64,000 nucleotides of DNA, from assembly GCA_052435735.1 (NCBI GenBank), contig JBQVNB010000004.1, positions 30,541 through 94,540 of the forward strand, given 5' to 3'. The translations under genes and the position numbers were made by a program. Within the stretch, counting starts at the first letter, position 1. Each line of letters starts with the position of its first letter. Below the pieces are notes generated by a model, which was not told the DNA's origin, did not search any database, and saw nothing but the letters and a program-made list of their open reading frames with translations. Below, one piece after another: positions 8,997 through 18,332 of this stretch. The stretch comes from Aliihoeflea sp. GTDB taxonomy: Bacteria; Pseudomonadota; Alphaproteobacteria; Rhizobiales; Rhizobiaceae.

Positions 8997-9187
8997 GAAT
9001 GAATTCCCGTTGACCCATGTTTCGATCTTACCCGTTGTCTTGTTGCACGCAAATCGCGATTGCGAACACAACCGGGAGAGGTGAAAAAAATCTGGAACGC
9101 CAGCGGAGGCAGGGCGGCGCAGGAAATCGCATTGGCTTGCAAATGGAAGTCGATCCGGCTGGCGTCGAAATGTAGCGTGCGCTCGCC

Positions 9188-10702
9188 ATGTCGGATATGC
9201 TGGCAACCATGAACGCTCGACTGTCGCGTCGCACGCTCCTGAAAGTTGCAGCCTGGCTGGGTCTTGGAACCGGCCTGCCGGAACTTGCCCTGGCGGGTCA
9301 AAATTCTTTATCGGAGCGACGTAACGTCGGTTTTGTCGGCCATTCTCTGGTTTCTCCGGCAATGGCGCCGCTCTATGCACAGATCAGCGGCGATCGGGCG
9401 ACCTATCAGGTCATCAACGGGGCGCCCCTGTCCTACAATTGGGCCGACCATGCCACGGCGGAAGGCGAAAGCATTCGCGACCTGTTGGCGGCCGGCGCGA
9501 TCGACCAGTTGATGCTGGCCGAAGGCGGGCCGATCGAAGGTTCGATATCCGGCGGCTCGACCCGGACTTTTCTTCAGCAATGGCGAAGCCAGGGCATGGC
9601 GGCCAATCCGGACCTTGCCGTCTACTGGTATCAGATCTGGCCGGAAATTCCCGGATGGGCCGGCGACCCGGACTGGGAACTTTGGAAGCGTGAGATCGCA
9701 CGCCTGGCGGTCGAGGCTTACGGGCCGGTCTGCGAGCAGGTTGCGAGCGACATCGGAACGGGCCGGGTCTACCTGTCGCCGGTCGGCGAGGCGTTCGCGC
9801 AACTGCATGACACCTATCTGTCGCCCGGGCTGCCGGGCATATCCGACTTCAACGCGACTTTCTTTCCCATCGATGGGATTCACTTGCCGCCCATCGGGTT
9901 CTACTTCGCGACGATGGTTCACTATGCGACCATGAACAGGCAGACGCCGGTCGGCTTGCCATGGCGGCTGAACCCGCCCGTCCAGGGCTTGAACGCCGAT
10001 CTGGCTCTGGCCTTGCAAGAGGTCGCATGGGAAGTGGTGAGCGGTCATCCCTATGCGGGCATCGCGCCGTGGCCCGAACCGCCGAAAGGCCGCGCCACCG
10101 CCGGTGCGCCGACACGGTACTCAACGAGCGAGGGCGGCGGCGGCAGTTATGGTGGCGACGTCGATGTCGGCCCGGCGCGCAACGGCCGCATCGCCGTCGT
10201 TTTCGTCGATACGGTTCAGCCGGACTATCGACCTTCCTCGGTCACGCTTGGCCCCGGCGTCTCGCTGGCCGAAATGGCGACGAGCGTGGAACATGGCTAC
10301 AGCGGTGTGTGGGTCGCGCAGGTGCCGGACGCGGCATCCGGAACGCTCGAACTCGCCGTCAGTTCGCAAACCGACCGCTGGGCGAACCTTGCGACAGCCT
10401 ATATCGTCGACGGAGGCGACTTCGCGACCATCGCCGCCAGTTCCTATCGCGGCGATGAGCCCTTGCGGGTTTCGGGCATGGCGGGAACATGTGTGATCGG
10501 CTCGATTTTTCACATGGATGGCGCGAGTTCGAGGCTCAACGCCCATCCACCGCTGCCCGAAATCGAGGATTCTCTCGGGTCGAGCGACGGTTGGCATTTC
10601 CGGGCGGTGTGGGGCACGCTTGTCGCATCGGCGAATACGCGCTTCGAGGGGTCCTCGCACGGCCACAAGGTCGGCTTGACGATCGCACCCGCAGAGCGGT
10701 GA
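9188..10702 (+). CDS. Tat-signal hypothetical exported protein, possible SGNH-like esterase N-domain plus unknown C-terminal domain
   Basis: Twin-arginine motif LSRRTLLKVAAWLGLGTGLPELALA. FVGHSLV (possible block I Ser) and DGIHLPP (possible block V Asp-x-x-His). Gly-rich linker SEGGGGSYGG, then a roughly 180-aa domain I cannot place. Confidence 0.6.
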   Translation: MSDMLATMNARLSRRTLLKVAAWLGLGTGLPELALAGQNSLSERRNVGFVGHSLVSPAMAPLYAQISGDRATYQVINGAPLSYNWADHATAEGESIRDLLAAGAIDQLMLAEGGPIEGSISGGSTRTFLQQWRSQGMAANPDLAVYWYQIWPEIPGWAGDPDWELWKREIARLAVEAYGPVCEQVASDIGTGRVYLSPVGEAFAQLHDTYLSPGLPGISDFNATFFPIDGIHLPPIGFYFATMVHYATMNRQTPVGLPWRLNPPVQGLNADLALALQEVAWEVVSGHPYAGIAPWPEPPKGRATAGAPTRYSTSEGGGGSYGGDVDVGPARNGRIAVVFVDTVQPDYRPSSVTLGPGVSLAEMATSVEHGYSGVWVAQVPDAASGTLELAVSSQTDRWANLATAYIVDGGDFATIAASSYRGDEPLRVSGMAGTCVIGSIFHMDGASSRLNAHPPLPEIEDSLGSSDGWHFRAVWGTLVASANTRFEGSSHGHKVGLTIAPAER

Positions 10703-10723
10703 CCGCGCCGCACCCGTCGAGGA

Positions 10724-11893
10724 TCACTGCAAATCCGGTTCTTCCAAAACGCGCGGAAGTCGCCTGCGGGGTTTCCGGCTGGTCGTCGCAAGGCCGTCAA
10801 ACAGAACAGTCCATTCCCGGGTCAGTGCGGAAATGTCGAAGGCCGCACAACGCTCAAGCGACAGTGCGGACAGTCGCTCGCGCATATCTGCGTCGGTAAG
10901 GACCTGCTTCAGTGCGAGCGCGATGGCATCGGGATTCTCGGTCTCGACAAGCAACCCGTATTTGCCGTCGTCGAGTACCTCCGACGGACCTGAAGGGCAG
11001 GCGACCGAGACGACGGGAGCGCCGCATGTCATGGCTTCGACAAGGACGAGCGCAAACCCCTCGAAACGCGACGACATTGCATAGACGCTGGCGCGTCGCA
11101 TGTAGCGGAAAGGGTTCTTCTGGAAACCCAGGAAATGGACGGAGTCGGCAACGGCGTGCTCTTTTGCGTAGAGGCGCAGTGCGTCCCCCTCGGGCCCGTC
11201 ACCGATAATGACTAGGTTGCAATCCACATGCTGACGAAGGCGGGCGTGAGCACGAATGAGGATGTCGTATCCCTTCTGCACGTCGAGCCGTCCCACGGCG
11301 ACGATCGTCTGCTTCTCGAAGATCGCCTCGTGCTCCGGTGCGATCTGTTCGACGGACAAACGCCGCACGCGCTCCACATCGATGCCGTTATGGATCGTAA
11401 CCAAACTGGACCGGGCCTTTGGAAGCATCGTCGCGAACGCCTCTTGCGCGCCGACCGAGCAGCAGACGATGCGGTCGGCAAACCGATAGAGGCGAAGCGC
11501 GAGCCGTTGCCGCCAACTTACGTATCGCGAGAACTGCAACCAGTCCGCATGGACCCAGACGACGATGGGCCGTCGGCGCAGCAGACCGGCCAACAATGCG
11601 AGAAACGTCGCACGACCCTCCATGGCACCGACGACGACATCTGCATTGCCAACCTCCCGAAAGGTCGCAAGAAAGGATCGCACCAGGTCGGAGCGTCGAT
11701 ACGGCCGGTCATGCTCGAAATGGATGTCCTGATCCGGCGCCAACGAGGCGAGGTGCTGGCCCCATTGCTCATGGACGAAAAGGCGTGTCCGAAAACGCTG
11801 CCGGTCGAGCGACGCCGCAACTGTCAGGACCATCCGCTCCGCGCCACCACCCGCAAGGTTCGGCAAGCAGAACAAAATTCTCAGGCTTTTCAT
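10724..11893 (-). CDS. glycosyltransferase family 4 (GT-B, group 1)
   Basis: N-terminal ILFCLPNLAGGGAERMV and C-terminal SSRFEGFALVLVEAMTCGAPVVS (E-x7-E region), typical of GT4 enzymes. Confidence 0.85.
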   Translation of the reverse strand: MKSLRILFCLPNLAGGGAERMVLTVAASLDRQRFRTRLFVHEQWGQHLASLAPDQDIHFEHDRPYRRSDLVRSFLATFREVGNADVVVGAMEGRATFLALLAGLLRRRPIVVWVHADWLQFSRYVSWRQRLALRLYRFADRIVCCSVGAQEAFATMLPKARSSLVTIHNGIDVERVRRLSVEQIAPEHEAIFEKQTIVAVGRLDVQKGYDILIRAHARLRQHVDCNLVIIGDGPEGDALRLYAKEHAVADSVHFLGFQKNPFRYMRRASVYAMSSRFEGFALVLVEAMTCGAPVVSVACPSGPSEVLDDGKYGLLVETENPDAIALALKQVLTDADMRERLSALSLERCAAFDISALTREWTVLFDGLATTSRKPRRRLPRVLEEPDLQ

Positions 11894-12092
11894 CTAACAA
11901 AATCTGTCCGTGACATCGTCATTACAGATTTTTACACTCGCGCCGACCTGGCGAAATATATCGGCAATAGCACATTCGATTGACCAATCCGCCGCCACAT
12001 TGCTCGAGCATGCGCAAAGATGCGCAAGCGCCGAACTTCCCATGGGAACTTCGATCCGCTAGACAGCCTCCCTTCAAAGGATATGCGCACGC

Positions 12093-13094
12093 TTGACAAC
12101 ACCGCTCTACCAGAAGCCCGTCTTCGCCATCGCGCCGATGATGGACTGGACCGACCGCCACTGCCGGTATTTCCACCGGCAGATGACGCGTCATGCGCTT
12201 CTCTATACCGAGATGGTGGTAGCCGATGCGGTGATCCACGGAAATCGCGAGCGCCTGCTGGGCTTTGCGCCTGAAGAGCATCCCGTCGCGCTGCAACTGG
12301 GCGGCAGCGATCCGGAGAAGCTTGCCAAGGCCGCGGCGATCGCGTTCGAATGGGGGTATGACGAGATCAACCTCAATGTCGGTTGTCCGTCCGACCGTGT
12401 GCAGAGCGGTACGTTCGGCGCGTGCTTGATGCGCACGCCGGACCTCGTGGCCGAATGTGTCGGGGCGATGAAGGCGGCGGTGGCCGTGCCGGTTACCGTC
12501 AAATGTCGCATCGGCGTCGACGAACAGGACCCGGAGATCGCGCTCGACGAGATCGCCGACAAGGTGCTGGCGGCAGGTGCAGACGCATTGTGGGTCCATG
12601 CCCGCAAGGCGTGGCTGCAGGGATTGAGCCCGAAGGAAAACCGGGACATCCCGCCGCTCGACTACGACCGCGTCTATCGGCTGAAGGCGCGGCTCGGTGC
12701 AAATTTCGTCGGCATCAATGGCGGCATCGCCGATCTCGACGAAAGCCTGCGGCATCTGGAGCATTCGGATGGCGCGATGCTCGGCCGCGCCGCCTATCAC
12801 AATCCCGGCCTGCTGGCCGAAGTCGACCAGCGTGTATTCGGGGTCGCCGACGCTCCGATCGAGTGGCGCGAACTCATCGACCGCATGGCCGACTACTGCG
12901 CGGCGCACATCGCGGCCGGCGGCCGGCTGACGCATGTCACGCGGCACATGGTCGGTCTGTTTCACGGTCTGCCCGGCGCGCGACGCTTCCGCCAGGTTCT
13001 GTCGACCGACGCGACGAAGGCCGGCGCGGGCCCCGAAATTCTTCACGCCGCCTTTGCCGAAATAAACCTGGACCAGAGCCGCGACGCGGCCTGA
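12093..13094 (+). CDS. dusA: tRNA dihydrouridine(20/20a) synthase DusA
   Basis: FAIAPMMDWTDRHCRYFHR, INLNVGCPSDRVQSGTFGACLM, VKCRIG. TTG start at 12093. Confidence 0.9.
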   Translation: MTTPLYQKPVFAIAPMMDWTDRHCRYFHRQMTRHALLYTEMVVADAVIHGNRERLLGFAPEEHPVALQLGGSDPEKLAKAAAIAFEWGYDEINLNVGCPSDRVQSGTFGACLMRTPDLVAECVGAMKAAVAVPVTVKCRIGVDEQDPEIALDEIADKVLAAGADALWVHARKAWLQGLSPKENRDIPPLDYDRVYRLKARLGANFVGINGGIADLDESLRHLEHSDGAMLGRAAYHNPGLLAEVDQRVFGVADAPIEWRELIDRMADYCAAHIAAGGRLTHVTRHMVGLFHGLPGARRFRQVLSTDATKAGAGPEILHAAFAEINLDQSRDAA

Positions 13095-13151
13095 GCGGTT
13101 TACTTTCCCCTCCCGTCACGTTAGCGCACGAGCGCAACGAATTGCGGGGGA

Positions 13152-13991
13152 ATGCGCATGTCCGGACTTGATTTGCCGTGGAGCGAGCTTGCGGTCTTCG
13201 CCGCGGCAATCGCAGCCTCGGGCGTCGTCGCGGGCCTGATGGCCGGCATCTTTGGCATCGGCGGCGGCGCGGTGCTGGTGCCGGTGTTCTACCAGGTGTT
13301 CGGCATGCTCGGCGTCGACGAAGTCGTGCGCATGCACCTAGCGGTCGGCTCGTCGCTGGCGATCATCATCCCGACCTCGATCCGCTCCTTCACCGGTCAC
13401 AAGGCGCGCGGCGCGGTGGATATGGACCTGCTGAAGAGCTTCCTCGTTCCGGTGCCGATCGGCGTCGTGCTCGCATCGATCACCGCCGCCTACATCTCGA
13501 GCGAAGGGTTGCGCATCGTCTTCGCGGTGCTGATGTTGCTGGTCGCGGTACGGCTTCTGTTCAACCGCGAATCCTGGAAGATCAATGGCGACCTGCCGGG
13601 GACGGGCGGGCGCACGGTCGCGGGCGTGATCATCGGATATTTCTCGACGCTGATGGGCATTGGCGGCGGCGTCATGAATAACACGTTCATGACCATCTAC
13701 GGCCGGCCGATGCACCAGGCGGTGGCGACGTCGTCCGGCGTTGGCGTCCTGATCGCCATCCCGGGTACGATCGGCTACATCTGGGCCGGCTGGGGCCATC
13801 CGGACCTGCCGATCGCATCGTCCGGCTTCATCAACTGGATCGCCGTCGCTCTGATCATCCCGATCGCGCTCATCGTCACGCCCTATGGTGTCCGGATCGC
13901 CCATGCCTTGAAGAAGCGCCAGCTCGAAGTCGCCTTCGGCCTGTTCTGCATCTTCATCTCGGCGCGGTTCTTCTGGAGCCTCTACGCCTGA
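13152..13991 (+). CDS. sulfite exporter TauE/SafE family membrane protein
   Basis: 279-aa polytopic protein with duplicated G(I/M)GGG(A/V) motifs (GIFGIGGGAVLVP, LMGIGGGVM). Confidence 0.8.
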   Translation: MRMSGLDLPWSELAVFAAAIAASGVVAGLMAGIFGIGGGAVLVPVFYQVFGMLGVDEVVRMHLAVGSSLAIIIPTSIRSFTGHKARGAVDMDLLKSFLVPVPIGVVLASITAAYISSEGLRIVFAVLMLLVAVRLLFNRESWKINGDLPGTGGRTVAGVIIGYFSTLMGIGGGVMNNTFMTIYGRPMHQAVATSSGVGVLIAIPGTIGYIWAGWGHPDLPIASSGFINWIAVALIIPIALIVTPYGVRIAHALKKRQLEVAFGLFCIFISARFFWSLYA

Positions 13992-13994
13992 TCC

Positions 13995-14699
13995 TCAGTC
14001 GCGCAGGATCAGCCGCTCGCCGCGCATGTCGAAACCCGACAGCGAGCCGATGAAGTTCATGCCGAGAAGCGTGCGGTCGAGTTGCCCCTCCGCCGCGACG
14101 AGCGCAGGCAGGCGCGTGCGCGAAATTTCGCCGATGCGGATTTCATCGAGTGTGATCCGCGCCGCTTGTGCCTGGCCGTTTGCGGTCATGACGGGCACCG
14201 TGTAGCTGAGCGTTTCCGGATCGAGGCCGATCCGGCGGGCGTCCGCAGCGCTGAGAACGGTCGTCGTGGCCCCTGTATCGACGATCGTGTTGACGCTCGT
14301 ACCGTTGATCGACGCCCTGATTTCGAAATGGCCGTTCGCCATCCGGTCGATCATGACCGCCGCGCGGCCGTCATCGTCGACCATCGAGAGCGGGCTGCCG
14401 GGTATGAGCCCGGCCGTCAGGCGGCTTGCGACGTCCTGCAACTCGTAGCGATACTGATAGCCGACCATCAAACTCATGATGATGACGAGCCAGATCGCGA
14501 GCGTGCGCGCCATCGGGCCGAAGCGCTGGCCCGAGCCGAGCAGCCCGACGGCGACGACAGCGCCCAGAAGTCCGAGATAGAGCGTGCGCGCGAAGCTGTC
14601 TCCGTCGAGGCCGAAAAGCGTGCCGCTGTCGCCCGTCGCGATCAGCGCGACGAGGCCGATGGCCATGATGGCGATGACGATCCAGAAGAGGCGTCCCAT
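13995..14699 (-). CDS. retropepsin-like (clan AA) aspartic protease, membrane anchored (TIGR02281 type)
   Basis: N-terminal TM helices, then GHFEIRASINGTSVNTIVDTGATTTVL with the D-T-G active-site motif. Confidence 0.8.
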   Translation of the reverse strand: MGRLFWIVIAIMAIGLVALIATGDSGTLFGLDGDSFARTLYLGLLGAVVAVGLLGSGQRFGPMARTLAIWLVIIMSLMVGYQYRYELQDVASRLTAGLIPGSPLSMVDDDGRAAVMIDRMANGHFEIRASINGTSVNTIVDTGATTTVLSAADARRIGLDPETLSYTVPVMTANGQAQAARITLDEIRIGEISRTRLPALVAAEGQLDRTLLGMNFIGSLSGFDMRGERLILRD

Positions 14700-14702
14700 C
14701 GA

Positions 14703-14939
14703 TCAATCCTGCGCCAGATCGCGCTCGCGCGCCATGCGCGCGCGCCGGGTTACGCGGCGCGGGCGGCGCTCCATCGTTTCCATGCGCGCGGGAAGTTCCG
14801 CCATCGTCTCGCGCCGCGCCTGCGGCGTCATCGTCGTCCACGCACCGATCTCTTCGCGCGTGCGCCCGCAGCCGAAGCAATAGCCGGTGGCCATGTCGAT
14901 GGAGCAGACGAGAATGCAGGGCGATTCGATCGACGTCAT
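14703..14939 (-). CDS. DUF1289 domain protein (Cys-rich, putative Fe-S)
   Basis: Track ORF trimmed to MTSIESPCILVCSIDMATGYCFGCGRTREEI (C-x3-C...C-x2-C). Ends 4 nt upstream of the protease gene, so probably one operon. Confidence 0.7.
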   Translation of the reverse strand: MTSIESPCILVCSIDMATGYCFGCGRTREEIGAWTTMTPQARRETMAELPARMETMERRPRRVTRRARMARERDLAQD

Positions 14940-15066
14940 GAACTGTTCCTTGCCATGGATGACAGATGGGCCAAATGGCTTGGCCGTGCAAGACGATGGC
15001 GCCATCCGCCATTGTGATCGGGACGCGACTTGAGTATGCGCTAAGCCAAAGTTTGAGGAGTATTCG

Positions 15067-16056
15067 ATGACCAGCGGCCTGCCTTTCGACGATTATCGCG
15101 ACCTCCTGCGCCGCCTGCCCGAGGCGGACAAGGCGGCGCGGCGCGATGCCGAAGCGCGGTTGCGGCTGCTCGAAGGGCAGGGCGTGCCGCTTGGCCGCAT
15201 GGGCGAACTCGTCGTCTGGCTGGCCGGTTGGCAGGGACGCAGCCAGCCGCAGATTTCGCGGCCGATGGTGACGCTCTTCGCCGGCACGCACGGCATCGCG
15301 AAGCATGGTATCAGCACGCGCAAGGCGAACGAGACGCAGGCAATGGTCGAGTTCTGCGCGGCGGGTGGCGCGGCGATCAACCAGATCTGCGCGGCGAACG
15401 ATTTCGGGCTCAAGGTCTTCGACCTCGCGCTGCATCTGCCCGTCGACGACATTTCGGAGGGTCCCGCCTTCGACGAGCGCGGCTGCGCCGTGACCATGGC
15501 CTTCGGCATGGAGGCGATTGCCGGCGGCGCGGATCTGATCTGCATCGGCAGCCTTGGCGTCGGCGGCGAGACGGTCGCGGCCGCACTCCTGATGGCGCTG
15601 CACGGCCGCGCCGCGCTCGACTGGATCGAGCCGGTCGGCGAGCCTGACCTGACCGAACGCCGCATCCGCCTGATCGACAAGGCCGTCGAACTGCATGGCG
15701 GCCATGTGAAGGACCCGCTGGAGGCTCTGCGCCGCCTTGGCGGACGCGAGATCGCGGCGATCGCCGGTGCGATCCTCGCCGCGCGCATGGAGCGCGTTCC
15801 CGTCGTGCTCGACGGGATCGTGTCACTTGCCGCGGCCGCCGTGCTCCATGGCGTCCGGCCCGATGCGATCGACCACTGCCTGCTGGGCCACGCGACGACA
15901 AATCGCGGCCAGCGCCATGCGGCGCAGATGCTCGGTCTGAAGCCCATCCTCGATCTTGAAATGGGCGAAGGCGAGGGGATCGGGGCGGCGATGGGCGCGC
16001 TGGTGCTGAAGAACGCGGCGCAGACCTTCGGCTCGATGACGCTGCGCCAGAATTAA
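15067..16056 (+). CDS. cobT: nicotinate-nucleotide--dimethylbenzimidazole phosphoribosyltransferase
   Basis: LFAGTHGIAKHGIS, AAINQICAAN, typical CobT length (329 aa) and sequence. Confidence 0.88.
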   Translation: MTSGLPFDDYRDLLRRLPEADKAARRDAEARLRLLEGQGVPLGRMGELVVWLAGWQGRSQPQISRPMVTLFAGTHGIAKHGISTRKANETQAMVEFCAAGGAAINQICAANDFGLKVFDLALHLPVDDISEGPAFDERGCAVTMAFGMEAIAGGADLICIGSLGVGGETVAAALLMALHGRAALDWIEPVGEPDLTERRIRLIDKAVELHGGHVKDPLEALRRLGGREIAAIAGAILAARMERVPVVLDGIVSLAAAAVLHGVRPDAIDHCLLGHATTNRGQRHAAQMLGLKPILDLEMGEGEGIGAAMGALVLKNAAQTFGSMTLRQN

Positions 16057-16057
16057 T

Positions 16058-17581
16058 CTAGCGCCGGCCAGCCGCGGCCTTTTGGCGCGTCGGAAGCGCG
16101 GGCAGGGCTTCCATCACACGCGCCGGCGGGAGGATGGCGATGGCCTCGGTGCCCTCGCGCAGCTTGGAGCGAAGCTGGAACTCGCCGCCATGGAGCTCGA
16201 GCAGGCCCTGGACGATGGGAAGGCCGAGGCCGGTTCCCTGTTCGGCGCTCTTGATGGCGATCGAGCCCTGGCCGAAGGCCGACAGAACGATGGGAATTTC
16301 CTCGGCCGGAATGCCGGGGCCGTTATCCTTGACCGAGACATACTGCCCGCCGCCGGCCGTCCACCCGACGCGCACGCGCACTTCGGAACCGTTCGGTGCG
16401 AATTTCACCGCGTTCGAGATGAGATTGAGCGTGATCTGGCGCAATGAGCGTTCGTCGGCGAGAAGGCGCGGCAGGGTCGGTTCGAACTGCTGGACGAGGC
16501 GGATCGACTTCTTGTGCGCCTTCAGCTCCATCAGATGGCAGCATTCCTCGACGACGCCGGTCAGCGACAGGGGCTCTTCGTTGAGCTGGTAACGCCCCGC
16601 CTCGATGCGCGACAGGTCGAGGATTTCGTTGATGAGGTTGAGAAGGTGCTGGCCGGACGCGTTGATGTCACGCGAATAGTCGCGATAGGTCTCGTTGTGC
16701 ATCGGCCCGAGCACCTCGTTGCCCATGACTTCCGAGAAGCCGAGGATCGCGTTCAGCGGCGTGCGCAATTCGTGGCTCATCGTGGCGAGGAAGCGCGACT
16801 TGGCGAGGTTCGCTTCCTCGGCGCGGCGGCGGGCCTCGTCCGACATGGACTTCGCCGTCTCCAGCTCGCCGATCAGCCCGTCCTTTTCCGCCTGGTAGGA
16901 GAGGAGCATGACGGCCGAACGGTTCATGTGGCGCGCGACGAAGGTGAAGAAGCCGAGCGAGACGGCGAGCAGCGCCACCATGATCGCCTCGACCGGCATC
17001 GCCATGTTGACGGTCAGGTAGGCAAAGACGGCGACCGGCAGCGCGAAGGTCATGAACAGCGCGCCGCGCAGTGTGTGCGAGATCAGCGCGGTCGAGGCAA
17101 TGGCGAGCAGCAGGATGACGGTCTTCAGAACCGTGAACTGGTCGAGCTGGCATGCGACGCATTCGATTGCCGCCAGATACGCCCAGCCGAGCCCGGAGAC
17201 GAAATGGCCAAGCAGGAAGGAGCGCTTGACGCCGACAGCGTCGAGTTCGTTGATGTCGGCCCGGTCGACTCGGCGCGCGATCAGCGCGAGGCCGAGATAG
17301 CAGGCGACGGTGATGATCGCCCAGATGACGATCTGCGGCCCGGTGCCGGCGAAGACGCCGCCCGCCATCACGACGAGCACCATCAGCGGGATCGCCGCGG
17401 CCGTGTTGATCATTGCGCGGGCGTGAAGCTTCAGGAGTTCGCGCTCGAAGACCGGGTTGCCCTCGCGCTGCGACAGGCGTTCGCGCGTGCGCCGGACCGC
17501 CTTGGCGACATCGGTGTTGCGATGCGCCTTCCTGCGGTCCACGATATTCTTGTCGGCAAGTTGCGTGCCTGAAAACGCCAT
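16058..17581 (-). CDS. membrane sensor histidine kinase (HisKA + HATPase_c)
   Basis: Multiple TM helices, H-box SHELRTPLNAILGFSEVM, N-box NLISNAVKF, G-boxes DNGPGI and GTGLGLPIV. Confidence 0.85.
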   Translation of the reverse strand: MAFSGTQLADKNIVDRRKAHRNTDVAKAVRRTRERLSQREGNPVFERELLKLHARAMINTAAAIPLMVLVVMAGGVFAGTGPQIVIWAIITVACYLGLALIARRVDRADINELDAVGVKRSFLLGHFVSGLGWAYLAAIECVACQLDQFTVLKTVILLLAIASTALISHTLRGALFMTFALPVAVFAYLTVNMAMPVEAIMVALLAVSLGFFTFVARHMNRSAVMLLSYQAEKDGLIGELETAKSMSDEARRRAEEANLAKSRFLATMSHELRTPLNAILGFSEVMGNEVLGPMHNETYRDYSRDINASGQHLLNLINEILDLSRIEAGRYQLNEEPLSLTGVVEECCHLMELKAHKKSIRLVQQFEPTLPRLLADERSLRQITLNLISNAVKFAPNGSEVRVRVGWTAGGGQYVSVKDNGPGIPAEEIPIVLSAFGQGSIAIKSAEQGTGLGLPIVQGLLELHGGEFQLRSKLREGTEAIAILPPARVMEALPALPTRQKAAAGRR

Positions 17582-17652
17582 ACGAGATATCAGTCAATGC
17601 GCGCCAATGATCGTCGCGAAATCTAGCCAAAGAAGATTAAGAGACCCTTCGC

Positions 17653-18267
17653 GTGCCAGTTCTCCCCTTTCGCAAACCAAGGCAGGTCCGGCGGCGCGGC
17701 GCTCGCGCGATGCGGCCGCTCGGCTTGCGCGACCTGGCGCTGACGGCCGGGATGTTCCTGATTCTCGGCGCGCTCGCCTGGAACTTCGAGCAACGAGCGG
17801 CACATGAGATCGTCTCGGCGGTCCGCGTGATCGACGGCGACACGCTCGATACGCCCGACGGTCGAATTCGGCTCGTGGGAATGGATGCGCCGGAACTCGA
17901 CCAGACCTGCGCCAACGGATTTGCGATCTACGAGTGCGGTCGCGAGGCGCGCGAGAGGTTGCGGCAGTTGATCGGTGGGCGCGAGGTCACCTGCGCGACA
18001 CGGCGAAAGGACCGCCATGACCGGTTCCTCGCGACCTGCCACGCCGGAGACGTAAACCTTGCCGCACGGATGGTCGAGACGGGCTGGGCGGTCGCGTCGG
18101 GCGACTACGATCTCGCGGAACTGCGTGCGCGCACGGCGCGGCGCGGCATCTGGGCGGGCAAATTCGAGCGGCCGAACGAGTGGCGCGCGACGCGCGGCAT
18201 GGCGAGCGAGGATGGCGGGATGCTCGATCCGGTGCTCGACCGGCTGCGGCTGTGGCTCGATCGGTGA
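17653..18267 (+). CDS. thermonuclease (SNase) family protein, membrane anchored
   Basis: VIDGDTLDTPDGRIRLVGMDAPELDQTC...GRDRHDRFLATC...LAARMVETGWA. GTG 17653 or ATG 17710 as start. Confidence 0.75.
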   Translation: MPVLPFRKPRQVRRRGARAMRPLGLRDLALTAGMFLILGALAWNFEQRAAHEIVSAVRVIDGDTLDTPDGRIRLVGMDAPELDQTCANGFAIYECGREARERLRQLIGGREVTCATRRKDRHDRFLATCHAGDVNLAARMVETGWAVASGDYDLAELRARTARRGIWAGKFERPNEWRATRGMASEDGGMLDPVLDRLRLWLDR

Positions 18268-18332
18268 TCGAATGCGCTGGCACGGCGGATGATTTCCGTT
18301 CTAGACAGGGAATGAACGAGGGAGAGAACAGC

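Noticed and set aside
8997-12092. Possible genomic island integrated at the 5' end of dusA, a known hotspot for DusA-specific integrases.
   Set aside because: No integrase, excisionase, transposase or direct repeats flanking the segment. Spot GC counts (about 50-65% per 60 nt) overlap the core-gene range. dusA appears intact with its own TTG start.
17653-18267. Thermonuclease-family gene as part of a defence system.
   Set aside because: It is a single gene flanked by a histidine kinase and a GST, with no partner ATPase, methylase or sensor genes. Membrane-anchored SNase homologues are common stand-alone genes in Rhizobiales.
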